From the NCBI RefSeq assembly GCF_003019035.1, contig NZ_CP027447.1: a DNA stretch of 64,000 nt. One strand, 5' to 3'. This document shows, piece after piece, positions 41,301-47,820 of the stretch. The notes beneath the pieces are model-generated. The model was not told the DNA's origin and did not search any database. It was given only the letters and a program-made list of their open reading frames with translations. The stretch comes from Escherichia coli (GTDB lineage Bacteria; Pseudomonadota; Gammaproteobacteria; Enterobacterales; Enterobacteriaceae). A program made the position numbers and the translations under genes. Positions within the stretch are counted from its first letter, which is position 1. The number at the start of each line of letters is the position of its first letter.

Positions 41301-41624
41301 TTCAATATAGAGATCTTTTTGTTGCCGATCGTCGCGTTTGAACAGAAAACCATTTGCCAGCCAGCGACAAAATGTTTTGTTGCTTTCATAAAGATCGGAG
41401 GCCGGAAGCGTGGTGAACTGTTTGATCAGTCGCTGAATCTCTTCTTCAGTAATGCCATCAGGCTGGTAGCGTGCCGCTAAATAATGACGGAGATCGTCTT
41501 CGATAATGACCTGATCGAGACTTGAACGAGGGACATTATCGCCGATCAGGTGTTGATATCCCTGATCCTGTAATAGTTCAATGATCGCTTGTTCTAATTT
41601 TGCTTCACTGAAAGAGAGACTCAT
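38361..41624 (-). CDS. hsdR: Type I restriction enzyme R subunit (HsdR), not EcoKI-type
   Basis: About 1087 aa; conserved nuclease motif (VVFEFKS), DEAD/DEAH helicase Walker A (GATGCGKSYTM) and helicase motifs. Start set at the ATG (MSLSFSEAK...) preceded by GGAG; the track ORF begins at an upstream TTG. The sequence and length differ from K-12 EcoKI HsdR. Confidence 0.88.
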   Translation of the reverse strand: MSLSFSEAKLEQAIIELLQDQGYQHLIGDNVPRSSLDQVIIEDDLRHYLAARYQPDGITEEEIQRLIKQFTTLPASDLYESNKTFCRWLANGFLFKRDDRQQKDLYIELLDTRHLPAALRQIFDAEDVPLQQAAELPPSYINPPLNRIKIVNQLKISGKDNQTRIPDGILYINGLPLVVFEFKSAVREQEASIGDAWKQLCKRYRRDIPQLFIYNALCIISDGVNNRMGNLFAPYEYFYSWRKVTGNENREQDGIPSLHSMIQGLFHPVRLLDVIKNFICFPDKAKHEVKICCRYPQYYAARKLYYSIKQARKPFGNGKGGTYFGATGCGKSYTMQFLTRLLMKSVEFASPTIVLITDRTDLDDQLSAQMCNAKNYIGDDTIVPVISREDLRNQLAGRNSGGVFLTTIHKFTEDTELLSERSNIICISDEAHRSQVNLDQKVIVDKESGKVRKTYGFAKYLHDSLPNATYVGFTGTPIDATLDVFGEVIDSYTMTESVQDEITVRIVYEGRAAKVILDSSKLEEVEKYYEECANAGTNEWQIDESKKATATMNAVLGDEDRLKALAEDFAKHYEKRVAEGSTVKGKAMFVCASREIAWDFYRQLKAIRPTWFEVKQAPDGVVLTEQEQKELPPSEMVKMVMTRGKDDDEALYDLLGTKEYRKELDKQFKNAKSNFKIAIVVDMWLTGFDVPELDTIYIDKPLQKHNLIQTISRVNRKLEGKSKGLVVDYIGIKSQMNQALAMYSRIDATNFEDIQQSVIEVKNHLDLLGQVFYEFDSRDYFSGEPQAQLSCLNRAAEFVLRTQKVERRFMGLVKRMKAAYDVCCGSEALSQTERDHIHYYLAVRSIVFKLTKGDAPDVTQMNARVREMIAEALKADGVEEIYFLGDKKAESIDIFDEDYLARINKIKLPATKIQLLQKLLEKAISDFKKVNQLQGINFTRRFQAIIDRYNERREDDVLNGEEFDTFSQEMTDIIYDIKTEMGTWADLGIDIEEKAFFDILAHMRDKYQFTYDDEKMLSLAKEMKSVVDNTSKYPDWSKRDDIKAKLKVELILLLHKHKFPPVANDDVYMGVLAQAENFKEHHMSVLN

Positions 41625-41690
41625 ATCGCGCTCCAACCCTGGCTAATTTCTGGTAAGCATTCCCGTATCAGTAGAAAACCTTACCAGAAA

Positions 41691-41710
41691 GCCCCTGATT
41701 TTACAGGGGC
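41691..41710 (-). terminator. Hairpin immediately downstream of hsdS (possible attenuator/terminator before hsdR)
   Basis: 7-bp perfect stem GCCCCTG/CAGGGGC with a 6-nt loop, about 8 nt after the hsdS stop, followed by T-rich sequence on the minus strand; an adjacent 10-bp inverted repeat (TTCTGGTAAG ... CTTACCAGAA) lies in the hsdR leader. Confidence 0.35.
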
Positions 41711-41718
41711 AAAATGCG

Positions 41719-43113
41719 TTATGCAGTTTCTGTATCGGTGTTGAGATCCGGAAGATCTTCCCGGGATAGCTCACCGGAGATGAGTTTCGGGAGCAGGGTG
41801 TCGCGGAGGTTGCTCAGGACTATTTGATTATTATTATGTGACTTGTCAATCCAAGGCATAACGATATTATAAAAAGTATTAATTATTTCAACATCTGGCA
41901 TAACTACATGTTCAGCCTCAAGAAAATATTTTGTCTGGAAGTTAGCGATTCCTGTACTTTGGTTTTGGTATTCCCACATTTTTCCATCGTTATATATTTT
42001 ATTGAGGTGTAAACTAATTATTAGCCCTATCTCTATAGATAACGGCTCAAACTTGCGACAAAAACTAGCAGGTTCAATAATACCCCCTAATCGACTTATA
42101 ATCTGTTCAGTCATGAAAATTGAACGGCCAGTTGACTGCGTTGGACTTCCTCCTGAAACTTCTATTATAATATCACCATTATTAATTTTTCTTTTTTCGA
42201 GTTTTTTGGGTTCTACCCATCTACATGGGGCAGAACTCATTTTCCCTGAAATTAACTCCGGGATATCAGTACCGCGCACTATCACTGCTTGAATTGTATG
42301 CTTTTCATCTCTGGAATCACTCCCCCAGTCACCACCAATTGTATTTTTTAGTAAACTATTAACATTTGAAAACTTCCAACCTTTAGGAATTAAACCTAAC
42401 TCCGTTTCTTCAAATTCACTTGGGAAAAGCGAGCGGATTTCCGCCGGAAGCGGTTTAAAATCTGTACTATTACGTACTTTTTGACGCAACTCGGCACGAG
42501 ATTGCAGAGCCTCCGGGATTGGATTTCCTGCATCCAGAGCGTTATCAACCACCGGATCAAAATCCACAAACCAGGATTTGAACAGGGTTTGGGACATTTG
42601 TTCTAATGACTTATTTATTACTTCATTGGATTTTAGCTTACTAAATATAAGAGTGTTTGTTTTTGCGATATGTTGGCAATATTTATCTGGTGCAAGATTA
42701 AATTCATAATCTAATATGGCTGTTTTATCACCCCTTGGCATTTTGGTGCCTTTGGATGTTAAAACAGTATGTTCGATGAATTTTTGATCCATTAATACTG
42801 ATAGAATATAATTAGAATTAATATTTTTTTTAGGACGGAATACAATTACATCGTTAGAACAGCCACCAGTTCGATCTGCAAGCCATAGTTTTTTAAAATA
42901 TGTTCTGATATTCGAGAATAAAATATCTCCAGAATGAAATTTTGTTATTTTCCCTGTGCTAGGTTTACTATTTGCTATTGATATACCTCCAAAATTGGTA
43001 AGCATATTTTCAGTTGATATGTAATCGCAAAGACTAATTTGCGATACATCAACTTTAGTAGTGATGATATCTACAACTTCTTTAAGTTTTATTTTCTCCC
43101 ACTTACTCCCCAT
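41719..43113 (-). CDS. hsdS: Type I restriction-modification specificity subunit (HsdS), two target-recognition domains
   Basis: Start MGSKWEKIKLKEV... overlaps the last 11 nt of hsdM (ATGGGGAGTAA); AT-rich coding sequence with two variable regions separated by a conserved central segment, as in HsdS proteins. Confidence 0.85.
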   Translation of the reverse strand: MGSKWEKIKLKEVVDIITTKVDVSQISLCDYISTENMLTNFGGISIANSKPSTGKITKFHSGDILFSNIRTYFKKLWLADRTGGCSNDVIVFRPKKNINSNYILSVLMDQKFIEHTVLTSKGTKMPRGDKTAILDYEFNLAPDKYCQHIAKTNTLIFSKLKSNEVINKSLEQMSQTLFKSWFVDFDPVVDNALDAGNPIPEALQSRAELRQKVRNSTDFKPLPAEIRSLFPSEFEETELGLIPKGWKFSNVNSLLKNTIGGDWGSDSRDEKHTIQAVIVRGTDIPELISGKMSSAPCRWVEPKKLEKRKINNGDIIIEVSGGSPTQSTGRSIFMTEQIISRLGGIIEPASFCRKFEPLSIEIGLIISLHLNKIYNDGKMWEYQNQSTGIANFQTKYFLEAEHVVMPDVEIINTFYNIVMPWIDKSHNNNQIVLSNLRDTLLPKLISGELSREDLPDLNTDTETA

Positions 43114-44722
43114 AACCCAGCACCTCCAGATTCTGGCGAATCGCACGATCCAGTTCTTCCGCCTGCTTCATCTGCTCAAACAACGTCTTCGACAATTCGC
43201 GCATTTTCGTCTCAAATGCCACGCCGTCCTCTTCCTGCTCGGCTGCACCTACATAGCGGCCCGGTGTCAGAACGTAGTCGTTATCTTTAATGTCTTGCAG
43301 GGTCGCAACTTTGCAGAAGCCAGCCTGGTCTTCATATTTTTCCAGCTTGCTGTCACCACGCGCAATCCGTGCAGCCAGTTCTTCCGGCGTACTGCGCCAG
43401 GCATGGTAGGTATCGGCGATGGTGGCAATATCTTCCGTTGTTAACTCTTTAGTTGTGCGGCTAATCATGGTGCCGAGGTTACGCGCATCAATAAACAGCG
43501 TCTCGCCCTGACGATCACGATAACCTTTGGCCGGATCGGCAGCCTTCGATTTGGTCATAAACCATAAACACACCGGGATCTGCGTGGTGTAAAACAACTG
43601 ACCTGGCAGAGCGATCATGCAGTCAATCAGATCATTTTCGATCATCTGTGCACGGATCTCGCCTTCACCGCTGGTGTTAGAACTCATCGAACCGTTTGCC
43701 AGCACAAAACCTGCTGTGCCGTTAGCCGACAGCTTGGAGAGCATATGCAAAATCCAGCCGTAGTTGGCGTTACCGGTTGGCGGCATACGATACCCAGCAA
43801 AACGTGGGTCTTTGGTTAATTCGGCTTCATTACGCCAGTCTTTCAGGTTGAACGGCGGGTTCGCCAGAATGTAGTCGGCTTTCAGGTCCGGGTGCTGGTC
43901 GCTAAAGAAAGTGTTTGCCGGTCGTTCGCCGAGGTTAGCTGAAAGACCGCGAATGGCGAGGTTCATTTTTGCCAGTTTATACGTCGTGGCAGTCAGTTCC
44001 TGACCATACAGCGCGATATCACGGCTTTTACCCTGATGGCTCTCGACAAACTTCACCGACTGCACGAACATCCCCGCCGAACCGCAGCACGGGTCATAAA
44101 TTTTGCCCTGAAAGGGTTCGAGCATTTCAGTTAACAGCGTAACCACACATTTAGGCGTGTAGAACTCACCACCGCCTTTGCCTTCAGTTGCGGCAAACTT
44201 ACCGAGGAAGTATTCGTAAACGCGTCCGACCAGGTCTTCTTTCGATAACGTTTCAACGTCAGTTTCGTGTGCCAGCGTTTCGATGTTGTCGATGGTATCA
44301 ATCAGTGACGCCAGTTTTTTGGTTTCCAGATTCTGACGGCTGAAGTAGTTGTCTGGCAGCGCGCCTTTCAGGGTTGGGTTACGTTTCTCAATGGTCGAGA
44401 GGGCGGTGTCAATACGAACCGCAATATCGTCCTGTTTGGCATTTTGTTTGATAAACGACCAGCGCGCCTCTTCCGGCAGGTAGAAAATGTTGTCCTGCTG
44501 GTAGAACACTTCCATCTCAAGGAAGTCAGCTTGCCCATCGGCAATCATTTTTTTGCGGCGTGCTTCAAACTTATCGCTGATGAATTTCAGGAACACGAGG
44601 CTCAACACCACGTGCTTGTATTCGGAGGACTCAACGCTACCGCGAAGCTGGTTTGCTGTATCCCATAATGTTTCTTCAAAGCCTTTCTTTGCTTTGGCTT
44701 TTTTAGTTGGTGCTTTGGCCAT
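43103..44722 (-). CDS. hsdM: Type I restriction-modification N6-adenine DNA methyltransferase subunit (HsdM)
   Basis: 539 aa; AdoMet-binding region (YDPCCGSAGMF) and catalytic NPPF motif (LANPPFN); the N-terminus (MAKAPTKKAKAKKGFEETLW...) differs from K-12 EcoKI HsdM. Confidence 0.9.
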   Translation of the reverse strand: MAKAPTKKAKAKKGFEETLWDTANQLRGSVESSEYKHVVLSLVFLKFISDKFEARRKKMIADGQADFLEMEVFYQQDNIFYLPEEARWSFIKQNAKQDDIAVRIDTALSTIEKRNPTLKGALPDNYFSRQNLETKKLASLIDTIDNIETLAHETDVETLSKEDLVGRVYEYFLGKFAATEGKGGGEFYTPKCVVTLLTEMLEPFQGKIYDPCCGSAGMFVQSVKFVESHQGKSRDIALYGQELTATTYKLAKMNLAIRGLSANLGERPANTFFSDQHPDLKADYILANPPFNLKDWRNEAELTKDPRFAGYRMPPTGNANYGWILHMLSKLSANGTAGFVLANGSMSSNTSGEGEIRAQMIENDLIDCMIALPGQLFYTTQIPVCLWFMTKSKAADPAKGYRDRQGETLFIDARNLGTMISRTTKELTTEDIATIADTYHAWRSTPEELAARIARGDSKLEKYEDQAGFCKVATLQDIKDNDYVLTPGRYVGAAEQEEDGVAFETKMRELSKTLFEQMKQAEELDRAIRQNLEVLGYGE

Positions 44723-44785
44723 GATGAACTCTGTTCAGATAAATTGGGTCGCTATTGTAATGGTAGAGACGGCAGATTTCGCCCT

Positions 44786-45952
44786 TTAATCCATCTCCAG
44801 CTCATCAAACAACTGCAAATCTACATCCAGCAATTCCACTGCATTGCTGCGGCGAATGCCGACGTTATTTTCGATTAACAGTTCCAGTAAGCGATCGCCG
44901 TCGATAAGCGTAATGGGCGCGGCCCCCGGAAAGAGCGCCGCTTCTGCACATTTCGCTGCAAATTTCCCGGTGGTGATGAGCGTACCGCGAATGGCCTTGT
45001 GGTAAGGCAACGCTCCGCGCAACTGGTCGATATACGGTCGAGTGATGGTGTTCTGCATTCTTTTGACCTGCACCACTTCGGTAATAGTGGTGATGCCGAC
45101 CTGCACCTGACCAATCACGTCCACACCTTTATCGCCTGAGGCTTTGGTCACTTCGACCTGCTCGTAGCCCATTGCTTCCAGTAATTGACCGACCAGTTGT
45201 TCAAATTTGTACGGGTTCATCGTGCTGATTTGTTCGCGCAGCAGCTCTTTTTGCTGTTCGTTATAGCGTTTTACCGCTTCCAACAGCTCTTTACGCGGAT
45301 CGCTTTTTCGTGCAGGCAACGCTTTTCCAAGCCAGGCGCGCCCGGTATCGGTGATGCGATAGCTCATGCCTTCACGGTTAACCATGTCACGGTCGATAAG
45401 GTTATAGAGACGGGAGTAGAGCGTGCTTTTCACTGAACTTGCTGACGCGAATTTCGAATGCTGATGCAAAAAGGCCTGCCATTCCGGCAATAAATCGGCG
45501 CGGCGCGACATTTCCCGGCCAGCCAGCAGCTCAAGCAGTTGCAGAATGCCTTCCTGGTCGTCCAGTGAACGCAGCGTTTTTTCGTCATCTTGCAGGAATT
45601 TTTGCCCGCGCGAGGTGGGCTGCCAGGTATCGTCTGGCGTGCTTTCCATCAGCTCAAACTGGGGATAGTTGAGGAATAAGTAGCAGCCGTAGCTGTGGCG
45701 CGGGTTCAATATGTGATTATCGGTATCCCAAATACGACGGGCGATGTCGGCATCTTCACCCGTTAAGCGTTCGCTGATCCACAGGTCAGGTTCCGACCAG
45801 TCAACGGGTTTTTGCGGCGTTCCGGTTTGCTCGTGAATGGCAGTAATCATATTGCGCACCGCTTTCAGGGAATAGCCTGAGACGGCTTTCATCATAGCCT
45901 TAACTTGCGCATAGGTAGGAAAAAGCGGGGTAATGACTTTGTAGTTTTTCAC
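44786..45952 (-). CDS. Mrr-like restriction endonuclease family protein (extended N-terminal region + Mrr-type PD-(D/E)xK catalytic domain)
   Basis: 388 aa; C-terminal third carries Mrr-catalytic-like blocks (GDKGVDVIG ... VQVKR ... GTLITTGKF ... LIDGD); N-terminal ~240 aa have no K-12 Mrr counterpart. GTG start preceded by AGGGA; 63 bp upstream of hsdM on the same strand. Confidence 0.65.
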   Translation of the reverse strand: MKNYKVITPLFPTYAQVKAMMKAVSGYSLKAVRNMITAIHEQTGTPQKPVDWSEPDLWISERLTGEDADIARRIWDTDNHILNPRHSYGCYLFLNYPQFELMESTPDDTWQPTSRGQKFLQDDEKTLRSLDDQEGILQLLELLAGREMSRRADLLPEWQAFLHQHSKFASASSVKSTLYSRLYNLIDRDMVNREGMSYRITDTGRAWLGKALPARKSDPRKELLEAVKRYNEQQKELLREQISTMNPYKFEQLVGQLLEAMGYEQVEVTKASGDKGVDVIGQVQVGITTITEVVQVKRMQNTITRPYIDQLRGALPYHKAIRGTLITTGKFAAKCAEAALFPGAAPITLIDGDRLLELLIENNVGIRRSNAVELLDVDLQLFDELEMD

Positions 45953-46105
45953 GGTAATCCCTTAACGACAGCGAGGTGTTTAGTGTGCCATGTCAGGCGA
46001 GAAATTCTATTGGATGAATCAAGTCCAACTCACACATTGTCAATTTCATGGTTGATTATTCGAAACGTGATGCTATTTCCAACATCAACGCTATAATTGC
46101 AGAAT

Positions 46106-46135
46106 AATTGTACATACATTTTTGTATATACAATT
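46106..46135. promoter_or_regulatory. Near-perfect 13-bp-arm palindrome (candidate operator / -10 region) upstream of the brnT remnant
   Basis: AATTGTACATACA-TTTT-TGTATATACAATT, with one mismatch between arms and an internal perfect palindrome TTGTATATACAA, ending about 14 nt before the brnT ATG; typical of an autoregulated TA promoter. Confidence 0.45.
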
Positions 46136-46148
46136 AGGGATGGCAACT

Positions 46149-46277
46149 ATGCCAATGGAGTTTGAATGGGATGCAAATAAGGCCAAAGGTAATCGGGTGA
46201 AACATGGCATCCGCTTTGAAGATGCGGTGTTAGTGTTTGATGATCCACAACGAACGGAATCGCTATGAGCATGGTTA
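46149..46277 (+). pseudogene. Truncated BrnT-like (DUF497) ribonuclease toxin remnant
   Basis: Translation MPMEFEWDANKAKGNRVKHGIRFEDAVLVFDDPQRTECYEHG* has the conserved DUF497 N-terminus (FEWD..K...N..KHG..FE.A..VF.DP) but stops after 42 codons, against about 90 aa for intact BrnT toxins. Confidence 0.5.
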
Positions 46278-46567
46278 AACATAAACGAGGGACCTCCTCT
46301 ACACTCGATGTGCAGCATGAGGCCGAACTGAAGGCGCTGGCGAATAAATCCGACGAAGATATTGATTACAGTGATATCCCACCTTCCAGCGATGAGCAAT
46401 GGTCTAACGCAGAACGCGGTAAGTTTTATCGGCCATTGAAAACTCAGGCCTCGGTGCGTATTGATTCTGATGTGATGGAATGGTTGAAGCGACCAGGTAA
46501 AGGCTATCAAACTCGCCTGAACGCAATTTTACGTGAAGCGATGCTGCGCGATCAGAACAAAAAATAA
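46265..46567 (+). CDS. BrnA-like antitoxin (CopG/RHH-related, COG3514-type), apparently intact
   Basis: 100 aa; C-terminal GKFYRPLKTQASVRIDSDVMEWLKRPGKGYQTRLNAILREAMLRDQ matches the conserved BrnA antitoxin signature (GYQTRINAILR); overlaps the 3' end of the toxin remnant. Confidence 0.6.
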   Translation: MSMVKHKRGTSSTLDVQHEAELKALANKSDEDIDYSDIPPSSDEQWSNAERGKFYRPLKTQASVRIDSDVMEWLKRPGKGYQTRLNAILREAMLRDQNKK

Positions 46568-46589
46568 TTCAGGCCGCCACATGGCGGCC
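46559..46589 (-). terminator. Putative rho-independent terminator of yjiA
   Basis: Perfect 7-bp stem GGCCGCC/GGCGGCC, followed on the minus strand by TGAATTATTTTTT, just downstream of the yjiA stop. Confidence 0.5.
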
Positions 46590-46600
46590 ATCATCCAAAA

Positions 46601-47557
46601 TTACTTCCTCAACCCCGCAAACGCCGCCCGAATCTCATCCTCCGGCAGCTGAATCCCGATAAACACCATCGTGCTATGCGGTTTTTCATCGCCCCATGGC
46701 CTGTCCCAGTCGGCGCTGTAGAGGCGCTGGACACCCTGGAACAGCAGGCGATTAGGTTCGCCGTCAATCCATAGCATCCCTTTGTAACGCAGTAGTTTAT
46801 CCGCCGACTCCAGCAGCAGGTTTTCCATCACGCGGGAAACTTCGCTGATATCTACCGGGTAATCCAGTTCCACCACAATCGACGAAATATCGTTTTGTTT
46901 GTCCGCGATAAAGTGGAAACGCGGTTTGGTGCTGACGACGTTCTCTTCCAGCATAAAACCGTTGGTGTTGAACAGCAGGCCCAGGTCGATGTCGCCGTGG
47001 GTGACGGTGTAGATCGGTGCACGGGCGTTGATGCGCGCCAGGCGTTCACGCAGTTTTTCTGCTTCGCCTGCGACGTCGGTTTTAGTCAGCAGAATACGGT
47101 CGGCGTAGCCAACCTGTGACTGGGCGATGGTGAACTGGTTCATCTGCTCATCGGCATGTACCGCATCCACCAGCGCAATCACGCCGTCCAGCAGGTAACG
47201 CTGGCATAAAATCTCATGGGAGAAAAAGGTCTGAATAATCGGGCCGGGATCGGCCATGCCGGTGCATTCAATCACCAGACGGTCGAACTGAATATTGCCC
47301 TTGTCGAGATTATCCAGCAGGTCGAGTAGGGCGTCTTCCAGCTCGTTGGAGCGCGAACAGCAGATGCAGCCGTTGGTCAGCGTTTTGATCTGCGTGACGC
47401 GATCGCCAATCAGTTGATCATCAACGGAGACTTCGCCGAATTCGTTTTCAATCACGGCAATCTTGTAGCCGTGTTGTTCGTTAAGAATATGGCGCAGCAG
47501 GGTGGTTTTGCCGGCGCCTAAAAAACCGGTGAGTAGGGTAACTGCAATCGGGTTCAT
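46601..47557 (-). CDS. yjiA: CobW/P47K-family GTPase YjiA (zinc-associated G3E GTPase)
   Basis: Matches K-12 YjiA from MNPIAVTLLTGFLGAGKTTLLRHILNEQHGYKIAVIENEFGEVSVDD...; GCICC metal-binding motif; the track ORF has a 28-codon extension that is not used. Confidence 0.9.
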   Translation of the reverse strand: MNPIAVTLLTGFLGAGKTTLLRHILNEQHGYKIAVIENEFGEVSVDDQLIGDRVTQIKTLTNGCICCSRSNELEDALLDLLDNLDKGNIQFDRLVIECTGMADPGPIIQTFFSHEILCQRYLLDGVIALVDAVHADEQMNQFTIAQSQVGYADRILLTKTDVAGEAEKLRERLARINARAPIYTVTHGDIDLGLLFNTNGFMLEENVVSTKPRFHFIADKQNDISSIVVELDYPVDISEVSRVMENLLLESADKLLRYKGMLWIDGEPNRLLFQGVQRLYSADWDRPWGDEKPHSTMVFIGIQLPEDEIRAAFAGLRK

Positions 47558-47567
47558 GCTCTCTCCA

Positions 47568-47771
47568 TTAACAACAGCGCATACCGCCTTTACCATCGCC
47601 GCCGTAGCGCGCGTTCTGGCGTTCGCGGAAGAATTCTTCATAGCTCATGTACGGCTTGTCGGGATGGTTGGTCTTCATATGCTCGACGTAGTTGTCGTAG
47701 TCTGGAATGCCAATCAACATCTTCGCCGCCTGGCCGAGATATTTTTTTGCCTGTCCTAAGTTACCAAACAT
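47568..47771 (-). CDS. yjiX: DUF466 small protein YjiX (BtsT-associated)
   Basis: 67 aa ([67 protein letters not shown]); lies 10 nt upstream of yjiA and downstream of btsT, as in K-12. Confidence 0.85.
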
Positions 47772-47820
47772 AGTTCACTCTGATAAGAACAAAGCCCCGC
47801 CGAAGCGGGGCTAAACACGG

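Noticed and set aside
41625-41636. TTG-initiated start of hsdR four codons upstream of the chosen ATG
   Set aside because: The in-frame ATG at 41622-41624 has a GGAG at appropriate spacing; the TTG extension comes from permissive start-codon rules in the ORF track.
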